Origin: Rhynchobatus australiae | Taxonomy: Eukaryota | DNA: 64,000 nucleotides | Reading direction: 5' to 3' | Assembly: GCA_034780895.1 (NCBI GenBank) | Contig: JAUZTB010000066.1 | Coordinates: forward strand, 19,938,051 to 20,002,050 | Shown: positions 38,969 to 51,203 of the stretch, in pieces | Position numbering within the stretch: the first letter of the stretch is position 1 | Layout: every line of letters begins with the position of its first letter | Made by a program: the position numbers and the translations under genes | Notes under the pieces: generated by a model | Told to the model about the DNA's origin: nothing | Databases searched by the model: none | What the model saw: only the letters and a program-made list of their open reading frames with translations

Positions 38969-39039
38969 GATCCGGTACAATGTCTCATAAAAGAAGTTTA
39001 TTTTCTGCTTGTGATCCTTCCAGCAGGGGGATGATCTGA
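38969..39039 (+). CDS. RPH3AL: Probable RPH3AL terminal coding exon
   Basis: Strong acceptor tttttgtcctttttAG. Phase-1 reading (G)SGTMSHKRSLFSACDPSSRGMI-TGA, a short tail as expected for this gene. No recognisable sequence conservation, so the call rests on position and splice signals. Confidence 0.45.
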
Positions 39040-39772
39040 TGCACCTTAAGTTATCAGGTGCAACATATGCTCTGTAAATTGTTTTAAATTGAATTTCTTT
39101 ATGTCTGCTACAGGTTGGCATTGAGTGGGTACAGGATCCAGGCATCCTCCCAATCTCTATCATCCATGGATTGCCCATTTCTCCTTCCCAAGACGTCCGG
39201 GTTGGAGCTGTGGATTCTGATGCCATTCGAATAAAAGAAATATCTAACTTGATACAAGTCCTAGAGTCATTTTTTTTTTGACCAGACAGCTTTAACTCTG
39301 GAGTGTTCATTTCCTGGACGTCTGGTTGGATATGGGAAAAACCTTTACTGTAGTAATTCATAGCTGAATCTAGTATGTTTCAATTATCTAATCTACTTTA
39401 TTCATGAGATTGCCAAGCCTACAAAGTGTCTGATCATTAAATGCTACAATCCTTGTTTGCTGTTGTGAAGATTTGGCTGCTACTGGTCACTGAGACCAAA
39501 AAACCTATAGGTATCTGAAATAGCCATACAGTGTCAAAATGAATAGCTGGTTGATGATCTTGAGCAGAGAGCCTTTTTAGTGACTAAGTGCAAAATTAGG
39601 TTCTGTATAGATTCTGTACTTCTTCACTAAGAAGGGATGTTGTAGGAGCAAAAATCTTATTTTGTAGTCAGATGGTTTTGTATTTGTAATTGTATTTGTC
39701 AGATTGGAATGCCACGGCAATTTATGGTCTTACCCTTGCTTGATATGTTCTGATTGCTCCTTGTGATGCTCA

Positions 39773-39793
39773 AATAAATATTACTGAAATAAA
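39773..39793 (+). terminator. Candidate polyadenylation signals of RPH3AL
   Basis: AATAAA at 39773-39778 and 39788-39793, followed by a T/GT-rich tract at about 39812-39870. A further AATAAA lies at 39230-39235. Confidence 0.4.
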
Positions 39794-40074
39794 TGTTTAA
39801 AAAGTAATATATTCACTTTTGCATGTGCTGCTTCTGTTTACTCCCTTTAGTTTCTTCTTTTTTTCTCATTTCTGATTAATCAAAGAATTTGTATTAGATT
39901 CTAAACTTTATCCTGCAATTAAAATCATTTGTTATAAGGTTCCTGAATAGTGTATACATGTCTATGTACAATTGGAATATGGTTTAATGTCATTAAGTTC
40001 TTGGCTCCATTGTTGCAGCAAAGGAAGAACTTATTGAAATGTAGGATAGACAGGTGTACCAGATAATGGATGTT

Positions 40075-40780
40075 ACCAGGTCTGGATGGGATGTATCCCC
40101 AGTTGTTGGAGAAAGTAAGAGTAGAAAATATGGATGTATTGGCTACAATGATCAAATCCTCCTTAGATTAATAGATGATACCACATGAAAGAATTGTCAA
40201 CCAAGTTAAAGCCCATGGAATAAAAAGGACAGTGAAAACACAGATATGAAATTTGCTTAAGGATGGTAGCAGAGCTTGACTGTTTCCTGGACTTGGAAGA
40301 GGTGCTCTCTGATGTTCCCCAGGCATCAGTGCAAGATCTGTTTCTCAAAATTTACAGATGATACAAAACTTGGATATACAGTAAGTATTGAGGAGGATGG
40401 TGATGGACTTCATGGGAACAAAATTGGTGGGGAAAATGGACAGGTGGGAGATGAAATTTAACGTTGAGATATATAAAGCAGAATTTTTTGATGGGAAGAA
40501 GGAGGAAAGATTATAGAAGATTAAGGATGAAATTGTAAAGAAAGTGCAGGACGAGAGTGATCCGGAACTATATGGTTAATTTGTTGGAATGTGGAAAGAC
40601 GGTTCAAGGAGATGGGATGCTGGTCCTCTATAAATAGAAGCTTTGAGTTTAGAATCTAGGAAGTCATGTCAATCACCAATCAGATATTGGCTTGGCAATA
40701 AATGGAGTATGTTGTCCAATAACTCAGGAAAGCCTTAGAGACGCTGTAGAAAAGAGTTCTGGTATGGCATCATGGATAAG
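40075..40780 (+). mobile_element. Old, deleted CR1 RT remnant
   Basis: GGTCTGGATGGGATGTATCCC (G.DGMYP), KLKPME/AHGIKG-like segment and SKFTDDTKLG (FADD motif variant). Confidence 0.75.
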
Positions 40781-41611
40781 NNNNNNNNNNNNNNNNNNNN
40801 NNNNNNNNNNNNNNNNNNNNNNNNNNNNNNNNNNNNNNNNNNNNNNNNNNNNNNNNNNNNNNNNNNNNNNNNNNNNNNNNNNNNNNNNNNNNNNNNNNNN
40901 NNNNNNNNNNNNNNNNNNNNNNNNNNNNNNNNNNNNNNNNNNNNNNNNNNNNNNNNNNNNNNNNNNNNNNNNNNNNNNNNNNNNNNNNNNNNNNNNNNNN
41001 NNNNNNNNNNNNNNNNNNNNNNNNNNNNNNNNNNNNNNNNNNNNNNNNNNNNNNNNNNNNNNNNNNNNNNNNNNNNNNNNNNNNNNNNNNNNNNNNNNNN
41101 NNNNNNNNNNNNNNNNNNNNNNNNNNNNNNNNNNNNNNNNNNNNNNNNNNNNNNNNGTTACTTTTAACCATGCTGAACTCTTGCATAACGAAACGCAATG
41201 GTTTCTGGAATGCTGGTGATTGGTGATAATTATCAGCACGTATTTTGTTAATCTTTCCAATGATGAGATGTTAGTTTCATAGAAAAGGTAAAAGGTAGTC
41301 TCCTCTATGGTGAATCTGAGGTAAAATTTTGCTGTAGTTCAAAACTTCAAGAGCCTTTCTTTCCATATTTCAACTAAATTCCTCATATTCAGCTCATTTG
41401 TACAGGTAGATGATATAGAGTTGATTTTAGAAGATGAGAGTCCTTGACGGCTAATAAGCTATTTCATTCACATCGATACTGTTCTTTTTATCTGAGGTTT
41501 AGCACTCTGTTGCCTCTCAGTAATAAATTGAGCTTCAAAATAAGCAACTGTATTTTATCTTTTACAAATAAACTTTTCACTTTAAGAACTATTAAACGAT
41601 TTACTTTACAG

Positions 41612-41750
41612 ATATATTGTTCATTGCTAGTGCTGAAGCACCAGAATGGAACATTCTGATGATGCTAAGGGAAATCAGATCTTCATTAACAATAAGAATT
41701 TTTTGAGTAATGTAGCAATACCAATTCCAATTACATCGATACTAAACGAG
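41612..41750 (+). other. Exon-like segment (unassigned)
   Basis: Acceptor ttactttacAG and consensus donor GAG|GTGAGT, 139 bp. No frame is open end to end. No homology recognised. Confidence 0.3.
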
Positions 41751-42518
41751 GTGAGTTTTTACTGTACACTTCGAAGCAAAACACATGACAGTTCTATATA
41801 TAACTGGAGAAATTAAATCAAAATAGATTTAAATAATATGTTTGAATTTGTAAGTTAATGGGGAGGAAGCACATACAAATGGGGTGTGGATTTCCAGGAC
41901 GGCTGACTGGGAATAACTTAGTTGTATGCCTGTGAGGTGTCCCCTGTCCCTATTAAGGGGAATTTACTGTAACAGTAAACATTAATTCTTTTTTGTTGAA
42001 GAAAATTTTGCAAATGTACATGTTATTAAGTTAATGCATCATTTGCTACAGATATCCTCCTGAGTCTTTTGAGTGTTTAGCTTCAATCATCCACCATTAC
42101 AGCTAATTTAGAATTGAATGCTGATCAGAGTCAGCAATATGGTCACATCAAGGCTGATTTCTGCTTAATGAAAGCTGTATTTTGAAACAAATTAAGAGTC
42201 CAAAGATAAGATCCCTGACATTTTCCTGCAAGTATACAAAATCAAAACATTATCAGTGGTCTGATTACCAATCAGATCTGACATTTAAATTTAGTTCTGA
42301 AATTATTGCTTAAGAGAGAAAATGTCTAGTCTAATTCTGAGGTATATTAAGCTTTTGGTATTTGATATTATGCAGTAGGACTAGTCTGTCTTTGTCACAC
42401 ATACATTGAAAACATTAAAGTGTTGATATAAATCCAGGTCAGTTGCTTTGTAAATCTGACTTAAAGTTTTTAACTTGAATGTCTATATCCATTCAAATTA
42501 ATACAAGGTGGTGCATTT

Positions 42519-42960
42519 AACATAAAAATATAAGGGAGTAGCAGTAGGTCACTTGGTCCTTTGAGCTTGCCCCGCCATTCTTCAGGATAATGACCGATCT
42601 GCCTCAGGCCTCACCTCCTCTTCTGTGCCAGTTCCCCATAGTCCTCAATTGTTCTAATCTTTCAAAAAATTATCCACTTCCTCTTTGAATACCCCAGTGA
42701 TCTTAGGGGTAGAGAATTCCTGAGATTCACTACCCTCTGTCAGAATAAGTTCCAACACACCTCAGTTTTAAATGGCTGCCCCTAATACTATAAGCATGCC
42801 CCCTCATTTGAGATTCTGCCACTAGTGGAAAATCTTAACATCTACCTTCGGGATCTTGTATGTTTCAATTAGGCCCTCCTTGTTCTTCAAAACTCCAAAC
42901 AATTTAGATCTATTTTCTTTCATTGCTTATAAGACAATCTTCTCATCCTCTCATCAACAG
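42519..42960 (-). mobile_element. CR1 LINE 3' end
   Basis: AACATAAAAATATAAGGGAGTAGCAGTAGGTCACTTGGTCCTTTGAGCTTGCCCCGCCATTC tail; GGGGTAGAGAATTCC..AGATTCACTACCCTCTG. Confidence 0.85.
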
Positions 42961-45900
42961 TACTTTATTATTTTAATCCTGAATGGTATAGGGTCTTTCA
43001 AATTTGCAAACTCATATATATGTAGTAATCTAAACTAGTGATTGCTGCAGACATAATTTCATGCTGGGATTAAGTCATTATTTGGAAAGACAGCACAAGA
43101 CTACATAATGTGATACCAATGTAATAGCTTATCTATTTGATATTCCCACCATTTTAACAGGATGTATACATATAGAATTTGATTGTGCCTTGCAATCATA
43201 ACTTTGTTACCAGTGGCAATTTATTCAGTTCCTGAACTTTAAAATTCGAACAGAATGGAAGTAAAATTGGTCTATGAATAACACACTGGGGCCTGGAAAT
43301 TCCTTTGTACAGCTACAAGAAAAAGATGATGAAAATCAGCCATGATCATATTAGTGACAGAGCAGGCTCATGGGGGCAAAGTGGCCATCTCCTGCTCCCA
43401 ATGTGTGTGTTCATATGAAAATCAGTCTAACCTGGAGTAGAGCCATTTCTTGGATCCNNNNNNNNNNNNNNCTCCCAATGGAAAATTAGGCAGGATTTTC
43501 TTTTGTTACGGCATGTATCTTCTGGTGCAATATCTCTGATTAGTGTCAAGTATCACCCAATGTTACAAATGCATCACAGCATGATTCACAGCCGTAAAAA
43601 CAACAGTTTTTATTTATACCCAGAACAACCCTGTTTTCCCTAAAACTGTGTTCTTTGAATGGACAACACTCAATTTGCATTTTGTCCACCCTGTGACAAG
43701 ACCCTTAATTAAATTACTACATCACGCATATACCTGGTCTACTCTGTTATGGCATTCAATGTCACTGTCACTCTCGGAATCGTGCAGATTACATCTACCA
43801 TTTTTCATAAATTGCTGATTATTGCTGCTTTTGGGAATTCAGCCTAGCTGCATACTTGAGGAGAGAAGATTTCATCTACTTTTCCATCAGTCTGCAGGAG
43901 TAGGCAGAATGCAGAATGGGCATGCGGGTTTGCTCGTATTTCAAGCTGCCCCAGACTTCTGTCATTATGATTCTGGACTTGTGGTATTATTATTCCTTCC
44001 TGACACTTCCCTGGCAACCTACTGCTATGGGCACATGCCTTGAGCCCAACACTATTTCCATGACTCCTTCATTTACCACCCACACAAAAGAAGATGTCTC
44101 TTGTGGCCACAGTACTTCACTGGTACATATAGTCCCTTCTGAACCCTTGGGAATGCTCTCCCACCTCTTTCGTTATTGCAATATATTTCATTAAGTACCA
44201 ACTATCTCCTGGAGCTGGAAAAGTGCTGTTTGTGGTATGTTACTTTCAGAGCAGGTTGATGAGTTTGTAGATAGCAGCTTCAAGAACTTATGATTGATCA
44301 ATAAAGATCGGCATATTGAAACTGATGGTGTGGAGTTGCACAGGGAAACCAAATAACAGTTCTGTGAACCTCACATTGAAGATCATGATCATTTTGGGAC
44401 CTNNNNNNNNNNNNNNNNNNNNNNNNNNNNNNNNNNNNNNNNNNNNNNNNNNNNNNNNNNNNNNNNNNNNNNNNNNNNNNNNNNNNNNNNNNNNNNNNNN
44501 NNNNNNNNNNNNNCTTTTGTTTGCAAGGGTTTGCTACCTTTCAAAAAAGAAAGCCTTGAGCTCCAGCAGGTTCTCTTGGGATATTCCCCAACTGGCATGA
44601 CAGGTTGGAAAGAAATACAAGAATTGTTGCTCATGTGTAATGCTACAGTCATGGCTTTAAACATTCGGGTGTGTTTGGGATATGTGGCATGACTATTAAT
44701 AGTTTTTAGCCACATCCATCAAAATCTTTTCCTCAAACCTTTGCGTGTGGCCAGGATAGCACTTATGTTCAAACAGATGAAATTTCCAAATTCATTGCAA
44801 GCACCATGTCTGAAATGCACTCAACACAAGTATTTGACATGGGCCTAGTCTATATTGTGCATATGAGAGATAACAGCTCTGCTGATTCAGAAACCATCTG
44901 TAGTCATAAAGCTTAAACTATGAAAAAAATATGCATTCCCAGCTACCTGGATCTCAACCTGAATTTCACTGATAATTATGGCAACAAGAGCAGAAAAAAG
45001 TATTTAATTGTCTTGCAGCTGAGTTGAAAATATTTACTGTCATCAGTTCTCATTTCCACATCAGAGATTGAAACTAATCCGTAGCACAGGGAATAATAGC
45101 TCAGAATTTGTGGATATAATGATGGAAAAACTGGCAGCAATCCTCACTGAATGAGGTGCAACTTTTTTGTATTGCGTAAGTATTGTTGCATAACCTTTTC
45201 TTCCCTGATAAACAAATACATGATTAGAATCTAATTTCTTTGGAATACTTATTTCAAAAGTCCTTTGATTTTAAAATGGTGAAACAAACTATTTTTAATA
45301 GATTTACGTTATTTCAGCTTCTACCTNNNNNNNNNNNNNNNNNNNNNNNNNNNNNNNNNNNNNNNNNNNNNNNNNNNNNNNNNNNNNNNNNNNNNNNNNN
45401 NNNNNNNNNNNNNNNNNNNNNNNNNNCTTCTACCTTAAACCCGTGTATGTGATTCATTCTTTGTTCTTTTTTATTAAAAAATGAGTAAAAAATTATACCT
45501 ATTAGTGCTTTGTGCAAAAAAAGAATAAAATACAGTAGATACTGGAAACAACAAATGCTGGAAATATTCAGCTATTTGGGCAGCATCTATAGAGGGAGAG
45601 CAACAAGGTTAATGTTTGAGGTCAATAACTTTTCATTGATATTTTGCTTTTGGAGAGCTATTTTCTGTCCTATTTTTCTTCCAGTCAGAATTCTTTACTC
45701 TGGATACCTATTTAACCTACTTGAAGGCAGTGTTGTAACTAGCCAACACAGTGCCAATTGAAGAGGGTGTCTGACAGCACACTTTGGAAAAGAGGAAATC
45801 AATGGCAAAAGATATGCAGAAACATTGTTTGCAAACTTTTAGAGATTGGTGGTGAGTGCAATCCCTTCACTACTGAGTGAGAAATTTAGCCAAAATATAC

Positions 45901-46059
45901 TCCAATATAATTCCCAGCTATATAGGAAAAGGAGTATGCAATTTATCCCTTTATACTCCCATTCTGAGAGAGCTTGCTGATCTATACCACAACTTCATTA
46001 CCCTACCTTTGCTCTAGATTTCTTGATGTCAGTACCTAATAAATTCTATTCCTAGAAAT

Positions 46060-46255
46060 TGGATCCTGCAGCCACTGTCTGTAAGGAGTTTGTACGTTCT
46101 CTCCGTGACTGCATGGATTTCCTCTGGGTGCTCCGGTTTCCTCTGGGTGCTCCAGTTTCCTCCCACATTCCAAAGACAGATGGGTTAGTAGGTTATAACA
46201 TGGGTGCAATTGGGCGGCACAGGCTTGTTGGGCTGGAGAGGCCTGCTGTATAGAT
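46060..46255 (+). mobile_element. V-SINE, short copy
   Basis: CACTGTCTGTAAGGAGTTTGTACGTTCTCTCCGTGACTGCATGG..GGGTGCTCCGGTTTCCTC (internally duplicated)..CCCACATTCCAAAGAC, then CR1-type tail GGGCTGGAGAGGCCTG. Confidence 0.8.
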
Positions 46256-46779
46256 AATGTTTTTTAAAGTAAAGTTTTAAATCATGTCAGCAATTGTTTC
46301 TTTGTGAAATCACACCAATTGCATAATTGGATATTTTCCAGCATTTGGTGTAGCCAAATGCCATGAATCATGTAAAGCACATTTCAGGCCATACAGACAT
46401 AAATTGGAGCTCAAAGCTCCATGCAATGACTGTAGCAGACCAGTCTCAGTAAAGGGAGGAACATTGTTCCTGCTTTACTCTCAACTTAAAGGGACATCCT
46501 GCTAGAATTGAAGACCTCACAATGTAGTCTGGAATTAACAGCAGACTGCACAAACAACTCCTAATGTCCATAGAATGCCCCAGAGTATCCAAGGAGTGTT
46601 TGTTCCAGCACTTAGTTGCTAAGTGGCACTTTGAATGGGTGTCTCAGTGTTGTCATCACTTGTAATACTTAATCACTAGTGGACTAGGATGGGCATGATA
46701 GGCAATTGAGAGTGTGTCAGGAACTATAGAGCAGGAGACATAGAAATGCCCACATGAAGAGCCTGTGGAGAAAGGACCT

Positions 46780-47775
46780 TCCAGTAGATGACATTGTATC
46801 TGGACCTTTCTGAGCTATGTTTTCACAGGCTCAAGTTTCCTATGGCTGTTATTACAGAGAGATGGGTTATCTTCAGTCACACTCTTATGCTTAGACTACT
46901 GTCTGTGTGTATGAAGGTGATGAAAATACTTACCTTCCTGGTCAGTGGATCATACAGACAGCCATTACTGTTCTCTGCCACGTTTCTCAGGTTGCTGCTC
47001 ACTGCAGCATTAAAAAAAATACTCAGCCTTTGAACATGTTGGGGTATGAATTTTATTTATTTCAAAAGGTGTAAGTGACATCATAGGCAGTATGATTTGT
47101 TGGCATTTTTGGCAGCTGTTAACTGCACTCAGATGCCTGTGACAGAATAACCTGGATTTCTTCAATAATTGAANNNNNNNNNNNNNNNNNNNNNNNNNNN
47201 NNNNNNNNNNNNNNNNNNNNNNNNNNNNNNNNNNNNNNNNNNNNNNNNNNNNNNNNNNNNNNNNNNNNNNNNNATAATTGAAATTATTCTCTAAATGTTC
47301 AGGGCATTGGATCATGATAGTGAAGACCATGTCTCCTGGTAATTCCAAGGAGTCCTTTATCATGAGGGAGTCAGCACTGTTCAACATTTTCAGAGGTCAA
47401 CGCTGCCTCATGGGGTGGATGCTGGGGATAAGGATACCTTCTACTGACATGGTTTTCCGTACCTATTTGTACTCCAACCATACCAGCTCAGCAGAGGAAC
47501 AACAATAGCCATGCAAGTTTAAGGATAGTAGTGGAAAATGTTAGTGGTCTCCTGAAGAAGAGATTCTGTGCCTTCAACAGGTGCTGAAGCTTCACAGTAA
47601 TGTGGTACATGCTGCACTATACAGCAGATTGGAGAGAACATCTGGTACCTGAGAAACAACAGCAAGAAGACACAGACGCTGAGGGTCAGGAAGCAGATGC
47701 AGAAAAGCAGGAGGACAATAAAGGTGACTAAGGGACGGCCCTACTCAATATCAGCAGCTACAGCTTCCAGTTGAA
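46780..47775 (+). pseudogene. PIF/Harbinger (HARBI1-like) DDE transposase pseudogene
   Basis: Collinear motifs: LYLDLSE..RLKF..VITE; LSVCMKVMKILTFLVSGSY; LCHVSQVAAHCSIK; AAVNCTQ (= GAIDCTH, D1 mutated); PGNSKESFIMRES (= PGS.HD.FILR.S); frameshifted GWMLG-D-KG-Y (D2); RIVVENVSGLLKKRF (E); acidic tail. Multiple stops and frameshifts. Confidence 0.85.
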
Positions 47776-50394
47776 TGGAGGATGTTCAGATAAGCCATAA
47801 GGGATTATCTTCTTGAGAGACACTTCTGCTAAACATACTTGCACAATCATAGTTTCCAATGCAAACCAAATGAATTTTTCACACTCCATCTGTTACCACT
47901 ATTACCACTAAGACAGCCCAGATGACACAATATTGCCTAACATACTGGTTTTCAGATCCACTGGCAATGCTTATAATGTATCAGTGAATGGATCCTGATC
48001 TTATTCCTTGGGGCTTGATACAACGTCTCTGTACTTCCTGATGAATGGAGCCTCATATATGGCACTCCGACCTCTGCACAAAATGCAGCTTCCTCTGAGG
48101 AGGCCTAGGTGTGAATAGTGGTTGAGGGCTTGAACGCTTTAGTGTCCAGTTCAAAACTGATGATGGCCATTCACCAGTGTAGGCAAATGCAACTGAGTAC
48201 TAGGGAGGTCCAGGGAGGAGTTCACATTTCAAGCCAGTGAAATCAGTACATCTTTACTGATGAGAAATTCTTTTTGGAAGTGTGGTTGAATTTAAGGCAT
48301 TGAACCTCTTGACCATTTAAAGATCCACAATGGAGAAGAACTGATGAAGTCTCAGAGGCAGCTGCATCACAATTCTCACTGTTCACAACAGGTGGATACG
48401 ATCACTGTAGTGTCACACGACCTGCTCAGGCAGTCACTTCTGACTAATGCTATTTCACATATCCCTGTTGCTTTCAATCCTCACCATAAAGAGGTGCTGC
48501 CATTAAGCAGTTGTTTCATCTCACCAGGCAGCCTTGTTCATATTCCTCAGCCTCTTGAAGGTGTCCCTCCTTCAGAGGCTGTTGTCAGTTTTGGAAGCGC
48601 AGATCAATCAGGAGAGAAGGATCCAAGGGAGGGATTAATTTCACATTGGAAGTCATATTCATTCATTGTCAGAATATGAAGGCAGCCATGACATCAGTTA
48701 AATTATGACACAACCCTGCGTTGTGCTGCAGTAAAATAATCATTTTTATTTGCAAAGCATCCCCCAGTATCTGAAAGCAATCATGGTTTTCCTTGAACAT
48801 GTTGATCTGAATTACACAACAAGAATCTTGCTGGGTGTGGCATCAGAGGGTATACAGCAGTTGTCACTTCAGTCTGACTTCTCTGCACACTAAAAGATGT
48901 TACATGTTCTAAATGAGTAGTTATTTGGCAATTGTCTTGAAAATTGTTTACAATGAAATGAAATCAAATATTACATTGAGTTATGCTATAAAACTATGGC
49001 CTTTGCCTTTTGCTCATCTTGGAGGTATGTTTGAATAATCTGTACCTCCCCTGTGGCTGCAGTCTGGCCACTGGAAGGCTTTATGTGTTGTTCCAGATTT
49101 TCAGCATCTGCAGTCTCTTGTGTCTCCCATTCCTTTTACGTTTGTGCTTATGCCCTTGATGAACCCTGATGGGACAACTTGAGACTCCTAGCCCCGGCCA
49201 ATTGAAAGAGCTGCGCTGGGATGGCAGGCTGTGGAGTGAGCAAGTTCCCTGTGGGACTGTGATAGGAGATGAATTGCTGAGTTCATGAGTGGGGCCATCA
49301 ATATCTTGAATGTGCATATCAGGTGACCACTCAGGAGACTAAGTAGACAATCATGCAAGAGTCTCCTAGCATCTAAGCTGCAACACTGTTGTTTCAACCT
49401 TCAGACCTGGAGATCAACTGGCTGATAGATCCTCGCTTATAAGTATCTGGGCCCTGTCTTTAGAGTCGGTGCTCTGTGCAATCTGAGCAGGACTGTGCTC
49501 ACAATGAAGAGATGTGAATCTACGCCTGCAGATTGAAGCTGAGTGTGTGTGCGCGTACATACACCATATCTCAGTATGAGTATGGGAGTGATCTGCTCAC
49601 ATTTGCTACCTCTGTTCGTGCAGGAGAACAATTTCCTATTGTGCAGCATATTTTAGTTCATGGAGAACAATCGCTGTTGACATGTAGCATCCTTTTGTTC
49701 CTACAGAACAACAAGCTGACAATGAGTTGCATCTCCATGTCCATTGAAAGCAGTGGTCTGCTCACAAAGGGCATCTTGCTGCTCAGTCAAGTCAATGACC
49801 TGTCATGACTGGCATCTGTCAGGTCAATAAGGACATCCAACTGGTCAGTGGTGGCATATCTCTGTTCCTGAGGAGGTTGGCAGAGACAAGACCATCTGTT
49901 GCATCAGGGTAAGACTGCTTCAAAAACTGCATATGGCCACTGTCTCTGTCCGCATAGTAGTTGGTGTTACCTGAGCCAGTAGGCTCTGTGTGGCATGATT
50001 GTTGCAATGAAGGACACATCACCCCCAGAGCAGAGGTCATGGTCTCCTGGCTCTGCACAAACTATTGCAAGCACGTCTCTTGTAAACTTCTGCCCTCTCA
50101 CTTTAATGTTATGCCCTCCAGTATTTGACATTTCTACCCTGGGCACTTGCAGGGGTTCTCCCCCCACCCAGGTGCTTCCCTCCCAGTTCTTACTTTTTAG
50201 CCTAAATGGAGAGGATGGAGGACATTTGGACTGTATTTGGAGGTTAACCACTGTGGGTGGTGGAGCAGATAGAATGGCAGAGGTGCACTGAGGATGGGAA
50301 GTGGTGTAGGAGAAGGTGGGAGGTGTAGGGAAAGTGGATCTGTGTGAGTGTGAATATTTGTGTCTGACTGGAAGAGCAGTACTATCTGTGGTGT

Positions 50395-50642
50395 GCGGCA
50401 CAGCATGGCATATCTTATGAGGTCAGTAGCTTTTTGGCAAGTACTCCCACTCCTGGAAGAGACCCCTCCTCCTGCCAGGTTGTTCTTATGGTGGCTGGTT
50501 GGTGCTCCAATCTCCTTGGTTCACAGAATCTCCCTGCTGTCATGTATTGCACCCAGGAGCCCTCTTGTAAATCTTGCATGACCTTCCCTCTGCCTTATGT
50601 AATTTCTCTCTTGTCATTTGTTACTTCATTCTGACTGCCATG
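50395..50642 (-). pseudogene. Degenerate Myb/SANT-like gene of the Harbinger element
   Basis: Minus-strand frameshifted peptides RF..LLGAIHDSREIL, PATIRTTWQE, VSSRS and CQKATDLIRYA resemble the trihelix pattern RF..LL..V..R...L..W.EV...VS..QC.KK..DL.R. Convergent with the transposase. Confidence 0.5.
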
Positions 50643-50734
50643 GAGGAGAGAGAAAGTGGCTTTAAGGGCTGATTCCCTTCTCTGATTGGTTCCCATTGGG
50701 AACTGGGCAGCTTGCATGTTAGTCCCTCTTTATG

Positions 50735-51175
50735 TACAGCATGGAAACAGGGCCATCAGCTCAACTTGTCCGTGCTGACCAAGATGTCTATCTGAGCTAC
50801 TCCCATCTACCTGCATTTGGACCATATCCCTCGGAGCCTTTTCTATCCCTGTACCTGTCTAAATGTCTTTGAAACGTTGTAATTGTACCTGTCCCTACAG
50901 CTTGCTCAGGCAGCTCCCACCGTCTTCTCTGTGAAAAAGTTTCCCAAGGTCCCTTTTAAATTTTTCCCCTCAAATCTATGACCCTATCCTGGGAAAGATA
51001 ATGTGAATACACACCTGAGCCATGCCCCTCATGATTTTATATATCTCTACAAGGTCACCCCTCAGCCTCCTGTGCTCCAGGGAAAAAAGTCCCAGCCTAT
51101 CCAGCCTCTCCTTATAACTCAGGCCCTTCAGTCCCAGTATCATGCTCGTGAATCTTTTTTTCATTCTTTCCAGCT
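50735..51175 (-). mobile_element. CR1 LINE 3' end
   Basis: ORF 50976-51164 KKRFTSMILGLKGLSYKERLDRLGLFSLEHRRLRGDLVEIYKIMRGM; tail TACAGCATGGAAACAGGGCCATCAGCTCAAC. Confidence 0.92.
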
Positions 51176-51203
51176 TCCTCGTGGCACACTTTGTTTTTGT
51201 CCA

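Noticed and set aside
38933-39361. 142-aa minus-strand ORF and a plus-strand acceptor at 39113
   Set aside because: No recognisable homology. The phase-1 reading from RPH3AL stops after 3 codons (GWH*). Likely 3' UTR.
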